DNA of 64,000 nucleotides from Squalus acanthias (lineage: Eukaryota): NCBI GenBank assembly GCA_030390025.1, contig JASTWF010000035.1:2604001-2668000 (forward strand). The letters are read 5' to 3'. Below are positions 36,555 through 48,929 of this stretch, piece by piece (the stretch's first letter is position 1; every line of letters starts with the position of its first letter). A program made the position numbers and the translations under genes. The notes beneath the pieces were generated by a model. It ran no database searches and had not been told where the DNA came from. It saw nothing but the letters and a program-made list of their open reading frames with translations.

Positions 36555-38777
36555 TCATAAGATTTAGATTAGCAATGGAGAGGAGCAAGGAACAATCTAG
36601 AGTGGAACTTCTAAACTGGAATAGGACTAACTTTAATGGGATGCGAAAGAATTCTAGCCAGGGTAAAATGGAACCAAAGACTGACAGGAAAAACTGTAAC
36701 GGAACAATGGGTGATCTTTAAGGAGGAGATGTTCCAAGTACAGGCTAGGTACATTCCAACAAGATGGAAAGGTGAGGGAACCAAAGCAAGGGCTCCTTGG
36801 ATGACGAGGGAGATTGAGAAGCTGATGAAATAAAAAAATGCATGTCAGGTGAATTCTTCAAGGGAGAACCAGACCAAATACAATAAGTTGAGAGGGGAAG
36901 TGAAGATGAAAATAAGATTGGCAAAGAGAGAATATGAGAGTAGAATGGCGGTTAACATAAAAGGGAACCCAAAAATCTTCTACCGGCATGTAAACAGTAA
37001 GCGGGTAGTAAGAGGCAGGGTGGGCCTATTAGGGACAAAGAAGGTGATATATGCTTAGAGGCGCAGGGCAAGGCTAGAATACTCAATGAGTACTTTGTAT
37101 CGGTGTTTACTAAGGAGGTGGATGCTGACAAAATATCGGTAGAAGTGGAAAAGGTAGAAGTAATGGCGGGGGTGAAAATTGATAGACAGGATGTACTAGA
37201 AAGACTGGGTATGCTTAGAGTGGATAAGTCGCCTGGTCCAGATGGCTTGCATTCCAGGTTGCTAAGGGAATTGGGGGAGGAGATAGCGGAAGGGCTTGCC
37301 ATAATTTTTCAATCTTCCCTAGATGCAGGGGAGGTGCCTGAGGATTGGAAAGTGGCAAATGTGACACCATTGTTCAAGAAAGGGTGTAAGGACAATCCTA
37401 GTAACTGCAGGCCGGTCAGTTTAACATCAGTGGTTTTAGAAACAATAATCAAGGAAAAAATTAACGGGCACTTGGAGAGGTTTAAGCTAATTAAGGAGAG
37501 CCAACACGGATTTGTAAAAGGCAGATCGTCTTTGACTAATCTATTTGAATTTTTTGATGAAGTAACAGGGATGATTGATGAAGGGAATGCAATGGATGTT
37601 GTCTACATGGATTTCAGGAAGGCGATTGACAAAGTACCACATAGAAGGCTGGTTAACAAAATTGAGGCTCATGGAATAGGAGGGTCAGTGTCAGCTTGGA
37701 TAAGGAATTGGCTTAAGGACAGAAAACAGCGAGTTGTGGTAAATGGCTGCTTTTCAGACTGGAGGATGGTAGACAGTGGTGTTCCCCAACGGTCAGTGCT
37801 GGGGCCACTGCTTTTTTTGATATATATAAATGACCTGGATATTGGAATACAGAGTAGAATTTCTAAATTTGCCGATGACACCAAACTTGGGGGTGTGGCA
37901 AACAGTGAGGATGATACCAATCGACTGCAACAGGACATAGAAAGGCTAGCAGAATGGGCAGACAAGTGGCAGATGGAATGCAATACAGAGAAGTGTGAGG
38001 TGATGCATTTTAGCAGAAGGAACAGGGAGAGGCAATATACATTTAATGGCACAGTTTTAAAGAGTGTACAGGGACAGTGGGACCTGGGAGTTAATGTGCA
38101 TAGGTCCCTGAAGGTGGCGGGACATATTGAGAGAGTGGTTAGCAAAGTATATGGGATCTTGGGCTTCATAAATAGAGGTATTGAGTACAAAAGTAGAGAA
38201 GTTATGCTGAACCTTTATAAAGCGCTGGTTAGGCCGCAACTGGAGTATTGCGTCCAGTTCTGGTTACCACACTTTAGGAAGGATGTGAAGGCCCTTGAGA
38301 GGGTGCAGAGGAGATTTACCAGAATGGTTCCGGGGATGGGAGATCTTAGCTACAAGGACAGGTTGGGGAAGCTGGATTTGTTTTCATTAGAGTAAAGGAG
38401 GTTGAGGGGTGATTTGATAGAGGTGTGCAGGATTATGACGAGTTTGGATAGGCTAGATGGGGAAAGGCTGTTCCCACTAGTTGATGGACCAAGGACTAGG
38501 GGACACAGATTTAAGGGTTTGGGCAAGAGATACCGGGGGTTTGTGAGGAAAAACTTTTTTACGCAGTGAGTGGTGATGACCTGGAACTCGCTGCCGACGG
38601 AAGTGGTGGAGGCGGAGACACTCAATGTTTTCAAGGGGAGACTGGATAGGCACTTGAGGGAAATAAACTTGCAGGGCTACGGGGATAGAGCGGGGGAATG
38701 GGACTGACTGGATTGCTCTACCGAGAGCCAGCACGGACTCGATGGGCCGAATGGCCTCCTTCTGTGCCGTTATGACT
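36555..38777 (+). mobile_element. 5'-truncated CR1 family A (linker plus RT plus tail)
   Basis: ORF 37103..38395 carries RT motifs. Serves as the uninterrupted reference for the fragmented copy at 1183-15098. Confidence 0.93.
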
Positions 38778-38969
38778 ATATTTTCCCTTTTCTGGTATCA
38801 TCCTTGTAAATGTTCTCTGCATCCTCTCCAGTGCCTCTATATCCTTTTTATAATATGGCGACCAGAAATGTACGCAGTACTCGTAAGTGTGATCTAACCA
38901 AGTTTCGAAACAGGTTTAGCATAACTTCCCAAATTTTCAATTCTATACTTCTAGAAATAAACCCTAATT

Positions 38970-40450
38970 TGCAACCACATCTCCGTAATGGCTGTTCATT
39001 CATCTATTTTGTTGTGAATGCTTCGCACATTCAGGTATAGTGACTTTGGCTTTGACTTTTTTCTATTTTTCCCTGCTGTTACCTTAGTCACTGATGCCCT
39101 CTTACTTTTGGTACTCTCTCTGTCCCTTCCTGACCCACACAGCTTATTTTTACCGAAAACTCTGCTCTACAGCCTTGACATTTGTCTTGCTGCTTTTAAA
39201 TTTACTCTTTTATGAATCCTCCCACCACCCTCCCCCCCCCCTTCATTAGTTTAAAGCCCTGTCTACTGCCCTAGTTATTCGATTCGCCAGGACACTGGTT
39301 CCAGCCCGGTTTAAGTGGAGCCCGTCCCAACGAACAGCTCCTCTTTCCCCAGTACTGGTGCCAGTGCCCCATGAAGCAAACCCCTTCCTCCCACACCACT
39401 CTTTCAGCCACGCATTTAACCTTCTAATCTGCATATCCCTATGCCAATTTGCGCGTGGCTCAGGTAACAATCCAGATATTATTACCTTTGAGGTTCTGCT
39501 TTTTAATTTGGACCCCAATTCCTCAAACTCTCTCAGCAGGACCTCATTCCTAGTTCTACCTATGTCGTTGGTTCCTACGTGGACCACGACAACTGGATCC
39601 TCCCCTTCCCACTGCAAGTTCTTCTCCAGCCACGAGGAGGTGTCTTTAACCCTGGCACCGGGCAGGCAACACAGCCTTCGGAACCCCCGGTCGCAGCTGC
39701 AGAGAACAGTATCTAGCCCCCTGACTATACTGTCCCCTACCACAACAACATTCCTTTTCACTCCCCCCACTTTAATGGCCTCCTGCACCATGGTGCCAGG
39801 GTCAGCTTGCTCATCCATCCTGCAGCCTTTTCCCTCATCCACACAAGCAGCAAGAACCTCATACCTGTTGGATAAGGGCAAAGGCTGAGGCTCCTCCAGC
39901 ACCGCACCTGGGGTCCCCTTACCTGCCTGAGTTGCAGTCACACCCTCCTGTCCCTGACCACTAACCAGACCTGTACCACTACCTAACCTAAGGGGTGTGA
40001 CTGCCTCCTGGATCAAAGTGTTCAGGTAACTCCCCCCATCCCTGATGCCCCGCAAAGTCTGCACCTCAGACTCCAGCTCAAAAACTCTGAGCTGAAGTTC
40101 CTCAAGATGCAGGCACTTTTACTGCAAACATGGTTGTCCGGGATCACAATGCTCTCCACAAACTCCCACATGCTGCAGTTGCGGCACACCACCTGTACTG
40201 CCATCCCTATATGACCTTGTTTTATTTCATTAAATTTGTATTTAAGTAACTTAGTTTACAGTTTAATTTCTTGGCTACTTATTTGATCTAGATTAAGTTA
40301 TGGGTAAATGAAATTAAATATTTCCCTGTAACACAAAGCACAAGTAGTGGAGGCAAAAAGCAGCAACTGCTTTCCCCTCTTCTCCGAATTCCCACTCTCT
40401 CCAAATTCTAAAATAAAACACTCTGTTTAAGTGCACTCCGTTTAATACCA
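38970..40450 (-). mobile_element. CR1 5' part (divergent family E): ORF1 Zn finger plus SGNH esterase
   Basis: MAVQVVCRNC..CSKC at 40204. VVGDSIVRG, LPGARVKD, VHVGTND and DGLHLN...RALN* (39246). Confidence 0.9.
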
Positions 40451-40559
40451 CTCTGTGCAGACTCTTGGTCCTCCTAATCGGACCACGATGAGTCCCAACA
40501 GCAGCAGCACCAGGCACACCAGCAGTACCAACAACAACACCACCACCAACTTTCTCCTC

Positions 40560-41644
40560 AACCACCTGATGCTGCACAGGACAGCGGGCATGAGTGCAGG
40601 GCTGCACCATGCCGGAGGCGGTACCCCCAACACAGGGTATACAGGCAGAGGATGAGCTTCCTGAACATAACTGAGCAGCAGTGCCAAAGGAGGCTCAGGC
40701 TACCGCAGTAGGTCGTCGTAGATATTTGCAAATTGCTGGAGCAAGACCTGCGGCCCAGAGGAGCGGGTGGACATGCCTTACCAGAGGCTGTCAATGTCAC
40801 CAGCACCCTCAACTTCTTCGCTTCGGGCTCCTTCCAGGATCTGCAGCAGACATTTGCGGCATCTCGCAGTCGGCCGCCCACAGATGCATCACACAGGTCA
40901 CCGATGCCCTGTTTGACAAGTCAGCCAATTATCTCAACTTTGCCGCTGGTGAAGCCAGTGTTACTGAGAGTGTGCTCGACTTTGCCACTCTGGCTGGGAT
41001 CCCACGGGTGCAGGGCATCATCGACTGCACACATGTGGCCATCAGGGCACCCCATCATCACCCAGAAGTCTTTGTCAACCGCAAGGGCTTCCACTTCCTC
41101 AATGTGCAGCTCGTCTCCAATCATAGGAAGATCATCATGCATGTGTGCGCCAAATTCCCTGGCAGCTGCCATGACTCTTGCATCCTGCACCAGTTCGCCC
41201 TCTCTCAGTTCTTCGTTCCTCCAAACAGACTTTCCGGCTTGCTGCTTGGAGACAAGGGCTATACACTGAAGACGTGGCTCATGGCACCCAAGTGCTGAGG
41301 CTGAGGAGAGATCTAATGAAAGCCACATTTCCACCAGATGTGTCATAAAGCATACAATAGTATTGCTGAAAATGCATTTCGGGTGCTTTCTCAGACCTGG
41401 AGGAGCCCTTCAGTACGCATCAGCCAGGGTCTCCAGAATCATCGTGGTCTGCTGCGCCCTGCACAACATAGCGCAGCAGCGAGGATTAGCGCTGCATGAA
41501 GGGCAAGGCTCTGAGCGCACAACTTCTTCTTCTTCTTCAGAGGAGGAGGAGCAGGAGGAACCTGCGGTCCAGATCCCACCAGCACCCGAGCACATTGCTG
41601 CCCGGGAGGCCAGGGATGAGCTGATCATGGCCAGATTTACTTAA
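40560..41644 (+). pseudogene. Degenerate HARBI1-like transposase
   Basis: [34 protein letters not shown] and CCALHN across several frameshifts. Confidence 0.87.
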
Positions 41645-42879
41645 CTTTATGCATTGCATCCACATGGCTGCCACATGTTGCGCCAGGTTGGCACCACCCC
41701 ATAGTAACACCGTAAAGGATCCCTACAATGACCAAGCCATTCCTTTCACACTGACCACCATTGCTGGAGGTAATGTTTTGTCTCACCATTCACTCCAACT
41801 CACTAAGCCACTTCCAAGGTGCACACAAATTTGTCCATGACTGGAAAGTGGTGAAGAGAAAGATTTTTATCTGTGACGTCACAGTAACGGAAACTTTACA
41901 CAAACGTTTAATAAAACACCCAAGTGGCTACCCTTGTGAATGTACTTGTGTTTCATCTTTCTCTTTAGCGTGCTTCTACGAGGCGCTACCCCTGTGGCTT
42001 CAGCAGAGGTAGAGGCAGCCTGCTCACTTCCCTGCTGCGACTGCTTAGACACTTTTGCCGGACGTCCTCTGGGTTTTGGAGCCTGTGATTACCCCGCCAA
42101 AATCTGCTCCTCCTGCGACTGCAGAGGCAAACTCGGCCATCGCGATCCGAGGAGGCATCTGGGGCTCCGACTGAGGGGGCGGTGGGGGGGAGAAGTGTGG
42201 GTGCTTTGAGAGGAGCCCCCAGTTGAATGTCCCCTCTCACCATCATCCCTCTCTGGGCCACCCACATTTCCCTGCTAGCAAGGAGCTAGAGAGCACCTTG
42301 CTACACAGCAGTGGGGCCATGAGGACCCACTTCTACGTTGACAACCCTCCTAGTGGACGTCTGAGCTTCTGCCAACTATGCTCCATAGAGACCATGTTCT
42401 CTGGTGAGTGGCGCATTAGCTGCTCCATGCAGGTGGCCATCCTATCCATGGAAGAGCCTACAGGGCAGCCTTAATAGGCCCCATTAATGGAAAGTCATTC
42501 TGAGGAGCGGCATGGTGTGAAGAATGGAGTCGTGACCCGCCACGGCAACTGCCCGCACCCGACCCGCTCAGGTGCAGAAAATTCCGGCCCTTGTCTGATT
42601 CCCAACCCCGCCCCAATCCCAGGGATGCTGAGGCCAGATTCTGCTCCAGCTGAATTCAAGTAACGCAACACAGACCAAGAATCAAACCTGGGCTGTGTGG
42701 ATCAGTACTGTGTCAGGTGGTGCCTTTACCTACTGTGTACGTTCCCTTATGGAGACCATGAAAATGGTGTAACCTAGGTCTCGCAACAAGGGGCCCATGG
42801 GAACCGGTACAGTCAGGCTGCTGTGTTTCGATAATTCTAGAAGGCTTTTGTGCCTCCTTGAAGGAAGATCTAGGAAAGT

Positions 42880-44065
42880 TTTTTTAAATTTGTTATGGGA
42901 TGTGGGCGTCGCTGGCAAGGCCAGCATTTATTGCCCATCCCTAATTGCCCTCGAGAAGGTGGTGGTGAGCCGCCTTCTTGAACTGCTGCAGTCCGTGTGG
43001 TGAAGGTACTCCCACAGTGCTGTTAGGGAGGGAGTTCCAGGATTTTGACCCAGCGACGATGAAGGATCGGCGATATACTTCTAAGTCAGGATGGTGTGTG
43101 ACTTGGAGGGGAACTTGGAGCTGGTGGTGTTCCCATGCACCTGCTGCCCTTGTCCTTCTAGGTGGAGAAGGTCGCAGGTTTGGGAGGTGCTGCCGAAGTA
43201 GCCTTGGCGAGTTGCTGCAGTGCATCTTGTAGATGGTACACACTGCAGCCACGGTACGCCGGTGGTGGAGGGAGTGAATGTTTAAGGTGGTGGATGGGGT
43301 GCCAATCAAGCGGGCTGCTTTGTCCTGGATGGTGTCAAGCTTCTTGAGTGTTGTTGGAGCTGCACTCATCCAGGCAAGTGGAGAGTGTTCCATCACACTC
43401 CTTACCTGTGCCTTTTAGATGGTGGAAAGGCTTTGGGGAGTCAGGAGGTGAGACACTCGCCGCAGAATACCCAGCCTCTGACCTGCTCTTGTTCCCACAG
43501 TATTTATGTGGCTGGTCCAGTTAAGTTTCTTGTCAATGGTGACCCCAGGATGTTGATGGTGGGGGATTCAGCGATGGTAATACCGTTGAATGTCAAGGGG
43601 AGGTGGTTAGACTCTCGCTTGTTGGAGATGGTCATTGCCTGGCACTTGTGTGGCGCGAATGTTACCTGCCACTTATCAGCCCAAGCCTGAACGTCGTCCA
43701 GGTCTTGTTGCATGCGGGCATGGACCGCTTCATTATCTGAGGAGTTGTGAATGGCGCTGAACACTGTGCAGTCATCAGCGAACATCCCCATTTCTGACCT
43801 TATGTTGGAGGGAAGGTCATTGATGAAGCAGCTGAAGATGGTTGGGCCTAGGACACTGCCCTGAGGAACTCCTGCAGTGATGTCCTGGGGCTGTGATGAT
43901 TGACCTTCAACCACCGCAACCATCTTCCTTTGTGTTAGGTATGACTCCAGCCAGTGGAGCGTTTTCCTCCCGATTCCCATTGACTTCAGTTTTACTGGGG
44001 CTCCTTGATGCCACACTCAGTCAAATGCTGCCTTGATGTCAAGGGCAGTCACTCTCACCTCACCC
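42880..44065 (-). mobile_element. Non-LTR retrotransposon 3' fragment (CR1/L2-group RT, distinct family with A-rich tail)
   Basis: [24 protein letters not shown] and LHHRR motifs. Ends ...acgcccacatcccataacaaatttaaaaaaa on the minus strand. Confidence 0.85.
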
Positions 44066-44239
44066 TACATAAGACAATTGGTAACAGTTGAGTACTTTAT
44101 TTGGAGCAACAACAGAGTCAGGTACACAGAGTACACTAAACAACAATTTATGCTGAGAAAGAAAGATAAAGCTCACCCGAAATAACAGAAAACGCTGGAA
44201 AAACTCAGCAGGCCAGGCAGCATCCGTGGAGAGAGAAAC

Positions 44240-44279
44240 AGAGTTAACGTTTCAGGTCGAAGACCTTTCGTCAGAACTG
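44240..44279 (-). ncRNA. Minimal hammerhead ribozyme motif in the Penelope 3' terminal repeat
   Basis: Minus strand cAGTT-CTGACGA-a-AGGTC ttc GACCT-GAAAC-GTT-AACT. Confidence 0.7.
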
Positions 44280-44587
44280 GAAAAAAGCAGGAAATGAAAT
44301 AGATTTTAAAGCAAGTTTAGGGCTGGGAAAAGGGGGAGGGGATGAAAGAACAAAAGGGAAGGTCAGTGAAAGGATAGAAAGCAGGAGAGATTAAGAGACA
44401 TTGAGAGATATTAAGAGATATTCAAGACAAGAGGAGGTGGAAATGGGACAGGTTAAGGAACAAAGGATGGCTCTAGATGAAGTGTGAATTGCGCTGGCAG
44501 AATGAAGGACAGCTGCCATTTGGGAGGGAAGAAAAAAAGGCCAAACAAAAGTGTGGATAAAAAATATATATGTGATAGGGGCCGGGG

Positions 44588-47525
44588 TTATGATCTGAAA
44601 TTGTTGAACTCTATGTTGAGTCCAGAGGGCTGTAAAGTGCCTAATCGAAAGATGAGGTGCTGTTCCTCGAGCTTACGCTGAGCTTCCGTGGAACAATGCA
44701 AGAGGCCGAGGATGGTGAGGTCAGAGTGGGAGTGGAGCGGTGAATTAAAGTGACAGGCCACCGGGAGCTCGGGGTCACCCTTACGGACTGAACGGAGGTG
44801 TTCCGCAAAGCGGTCACCCAATCTGCGTTTGGTCTCCCCAATGTAGAGGAGACCACATCGTGAGCAGCGAATACAGTATACTAAATTGCAGGAAGTACAA
44901 GTAAATCGCTGTTTCACCTGGAAGGGGTGTTTGGGGCCCTGGACAGTGGGAAGGGGGGAGGTATAAGGGCATGTGTTGCATCTCCTGCGCTTGCACGGGA
45001 AGGTGCCGGGCGAAGGGGAAGGGGTGCTGGGGGTGGTAGAGGAGTGGACTAGGGTGTTGCGGAGGGAGTGGTCCCTGCGGAATGCTGAAAGGGGAGGTGA
45101 GGGGAAGATGCGTTTGGTGGTGGGATCACGCTGGAGGTGGCGGAAATGGCGGAGGATGATCCGTTGAATGTGGAGGCTGGTGGGGTGAAAGGTGAGGACA
45201 AGGGGAACTATCGTGGTTCCGGGAGGGAGGAGCAGGGGTGAGGGCAGAAGTGCGGGAGATAGAATGGACACGGTCGAGGGCTGTGTCAACCACAGAAGAG
45301 GGGAATCCTCGGTTGAGGAAAAAGGAAGACATGTCGGAAGCACTGGTATGGAAGGTGGCATCGTCAGAGCAGATGTGGCGGAGACGGAGAAACTGGGAGA
45401 ATGGAATAGAGTCCTTACAGGAGGCGGGGTGGGAGGAAGTGTAGTCCAGGTAGCCGTGGGAGTCAGTGGGCTTGTAGTGAATATCCCCAGAGATGGAGAC
45501 GGAGAAGTCGAGGAAGGGAAGGGAAGAGTCGGAGATGGACCATGTGAAGGTGAGGGAAGGGTGGAAATTGGAAGCATAGTGAATGAAATTTTCTAATTCA
45601 GGGCGAGAGAAGGAGAAGTCACCGATACAGTCATCAATGTACCGGAAAAAGAGATGAGGGAGGCGACCCGAGTAGGACTGGAACAAAGAGTGTTCCACAT
45701 ATCCCACGAAAAGGCAGGCATAGCTAGTACCCATGCGGGTACCCATAGCAACACCTTTGATTTGGAGGAAATGAGTGGAGTCAAAGGAGAAGTTGTTCAA
45801 TGTGAGAACAAGTTCAGCCAGGCGGAGGAAGGTGGTGGTGGATGGGGACTGGTTGGGTCTCTTTTCAAGGAAGAAGCGGAGCACCCTCAGGCCATCCTGG
45901 TGGGGGATGGAGGTGTAGAGGGATTGTACGTCCATAGTGAAAAGGAGGCGGTTGGGGCCGGGAAACTGGAAACTGTTAAAGTGGCGGAGGGCGTCGGAAG
46001 AGTCGCGGATGTAGGTGGGAAGAGACTGGACAAGGGGAGAAAAAATAGAGTCGAGATAGGAAGAGATAAGTTCCGTGGGGCAAGAACAGGCTGAAACGAT
46101 GGGTCTACCAGGGCAGTCCTGTTTGTGGATCTTGGGAAGGAGGTAGAAGCGGGCTGTGCGGGGTTGGGGAACTATGAGGTTGGCGGCCGTGGGGGGAAGA
46201 TCTCCAGAGGAGATGAGGTCAGTGACAGTCTTGGAAACGGTGGCTTGATGTTCAGTAGTGGGGTCATGGTCCAGGTGGAGGTAGGAGGAGGTGTCGGAGA
46301 GTTGGCGTTCAGCTTCCGCTAGGTAGAGGTCGGTTCGCCAAACAACAACAGCACCACCCTTGTCAGCAGGTTTAATGACAATGTCGGGTTGGATCTGAGA
46401 GTATGGAGTGCTGCAAGTTCAGAGGGAGGTAGGTTGGAGTGAGTGAGGGGAGCAGAGAAATGGAGACGGCCGATGTCACGGCGGCAGTTTGCAATGAAAA
46501 GATCTAGAGAGGGTAAGAGGCCAGAGGGAGGGGTCCAGGTAGAACGGGAATTCTGAAAACGGGAGAAAGGGTCAGCCATGCGGGGGGAAGACTCCTGGCC
46601 AAAGAAGTGGGCACGGAGGCGAAGGCAGCGGAAAAAGAGCTCAGCATCGTGCCGAGCTCGAAATTCTTTGAGGTGGGAGCGTAAGGGGATGAAGCTCAGG
46701 CCTTTGCTGAGGACTGATCGTTCGGGGTCAGAGAGGGGAAGTTCAGAAGGGATAGTGAAAACACGGCAGGGGGTGAGATTGGGAGAAGGGGGGTCAGAGG
46801 AAAGTGAAGGAGAAGAAGGTTCTGGAGGGGCGTTGGTGTCTAAGAGTTGTTGAAGCTTGCGATCCTTGACATCAGAAAGGAAGAAAAAAAGTTTTTTGTT
46901 GAAGCGTCGGATGAGTCGAAGGATGAAATGGAACTGTGGACCCGGACAGCTTTGAGATAGAGTGTGCCGGTGCTGCTGAAGAGAGAGGTCGAGAGTGTTC
47001 ACGTGGCGCCGCATGGCATTGAGCGTGGATCTCAAGATACGGCGAGAGCAGTAGTTCGAGGAACGATGAATATCTTGGAGATATTTGTAATCCTGGGTGG
47101 ATCCGAAACACGAAGGGTGGAAGTTTAGTTGGAATCCACGTGGAATAAGTCGGAACCGGAGACAGTTGCTGAGGAAAGAGATGTGGCTGTGAAACCGAGT
47201 CTTGGCAGATACCTGATCAAACAGGAGAAGGGAAACTGAAAGCAATGAAGATGAACAAGGTTGAAGAGACAAACGGAAGTCCCGTCGAAGAGAAGAGCAG
47301 AACTTCTTCAAGGTAGCACAACATCAGGTTATAGTCCAACAGTTTTATTTGAAATCGCAAGCTTTCGGAGCGCTGCTCCTTCGTCAGGTGACGAAGGAGC
47401 AGCGCTCCGAAAGCTTTTGATTTCAAATAAAACTGTTGGACTATAACCTGGTGTTGTGCGACTTCTCACTTTTGTCCACCCCAGTCCAACACCGGCATCT
47501 CCGCATCATTCTTCAAGGTAGGCAT
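44588..47525 (-). pseudogene. Penelope RT/GIY-YIG ORF with two frameshifts (~46385, ~45490) and one insertion (47317-47508)
   Basis: ORF pieces 46319..47311, 45126..45935 and 44588..45577 join into one PLE polyprotein. Confidence 0.88.
47317..47508. mobile_element. 192-bp fold-back insertion from a second Penelope-type family, carrying a hammerhead core
   Basis: 13-bp TSD ttcttcaaggtag (47304-47316, 47509-47521). ~70-bp inverted arms. Minus strand CTGACGAaGGAGCagcGCTCCGAAAgct. Confidence 0.8.
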
Positions 47526-47749
47526 TCCTAGAAGAGAGGTGGCAGTGAACCAAACACTATCGTAAAGCTCACCCGAGTTGTGTTCGGGGCAGAGTCGTAT
47601 TCTGGCATCAGTGCAGTTATTCTGGCTGTTGTGCCTTAGTCGTACTATTTCTTTACCAAAAGGCATGTGTTTTGTGCTCATCTTTATAAGTAGAGAAATG
47701 GTATATAGTAGAAAATGAAACACGATGATCGGCAAGCATTAACCCATTA

Positions 47750-47915
47750 ATGCATCATCTGTGGAGAGAGAAACAAAGTTAACATTTCAGGTCGATGGCC
47801 TTTTATCAGAAATGCTTTGTTTCTTTCTCCACAGATGCTGCCTGACCTGCTGAGTATTTCCAGCATTTTCTCTATGTATTTCAGATTTCCAGCATCCGCA
47901 ATATTTTGCTTCTGT
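47750..47915. mobile_element. Degenerate Penelope terminal-repeat fold-back
   Basis: Homologous to 44181-44280 and 52301-52474. Confidence 0.65.
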
Positions 47916-48220
47916 TTTAACCCATTCCCCACATCTCTTAATAAGAAAGGGCTGATGGAATGCTACCAACAGTGGATCCTAGTGCAGGTGACGTTCCCAT
48001 CCCAAAGGTTACCTCAGCCCAAGTTGGAGACCTTTAACCTTTCGTTGTTCAACTTCCTTGCAAACTCCCGCAATTTTTGACAAGCAGTTAAGCACGTGAC
48101 CATGTTTGTTCCCAAAATGGGCCTCTGTGGAGTACTGTCTTGTCAAGGCCGTGCTTGGCAGCTGCTTGCCCTATCTCTTCCTGGGGAGGAACAGCCTGTC
48201 TTTTCTCAAAAATGAGAAGT

Positions 48221-48295
48221 CGCACAACACCAGGTTATAGTCCAACAGTTTTATTTGAAATTACGAGCTTTCGGAGCGCTGCTCCTTCGTCAGGT
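48221..48295 (-). mobile_element. Single arm of the 47317 family with hammerhead core
   Basis: Near-identical to 47317-47389. Confidence 0.7.
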
Positions 48296-48929
48296 AAAGT
48301 CAGGCAAGCCGGCCACCCGAATTTCTAGGCCGTTATATTACAGAGTTGAAAACATATTCAAGCTACCTTATTGATTAGGTGGTTCAAGCTATCATGATTA
48401 AGTTTAATCACATGTCCTTTGGCCAAGCTAACTACGCAATTGTCTGGTTAACATACTGAATAAATGATTTGGTTGAAAGAAATAATTTGTTTAATACAAA
48501 AATTAACTGAGATTAGACGTTTCGAGATGGTCTTTCCCAAGGTGGAGGGATTAGTTTGAAATGATTGACAGGAGCCACAAGTCAGATCCCTTCAACTGGA
48601 CCCACCAGCTGAGCTTCCTTCTTTGTCTTTCAAAAAGTCCTTGCAATTGAGCAAATTGCAGCAATCGGAAGCTGTGTCTTGTCTGTGGCAACGGCCACAG
48701 AGGTTGGCAGTGGCAGCTGCAGTGAGATTGAACAATGCCCAATGATCTGGGTTTCAAACCAGTCCAGATAAATGGGATGAAAGTCTGTATACGGTTTCTA
48801 AGGACCCAATGTGAAATAATTTTACGGAATCTTAACACGGATATTAGTGGGCACAGACCAACATCACAAATGAGAATAACTCAGCGTGGCTGCAAGGATG
48901 TCTGCTTTGGTAAACAAAGATTTTCCAAA

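Larger units (their letters stand above)
35731..42590 (+). mobile_element. Decayed Harbinger transposon interrupted by a ~4.6-kb CR1 stack (35850-40450)
   Basis: Ends ggctggaattttct / agaaaattccggccc. Transposase remnant at 40560-41644. Flanks 35680-35730 and 42591-42737 read as two halves of one SINE-like repeat. Confidence 0.65.
44181..47562 (-). mobile_element. Full-length Penelope-like (RT plus C-terminal GIY-YIG) retroelement with 14-bp TSD
   Basis: TSD taaagctcacccga (44167-44180, 47563-47576). ORF from ATG 47525 to 44588 with IKPADKGG, MDVQSLYTSIP, GVAMG, RYIDD, PFLD, YKPT and LVYCIRC..C..LYIGET..RFAEH. Confidence 0.93.
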
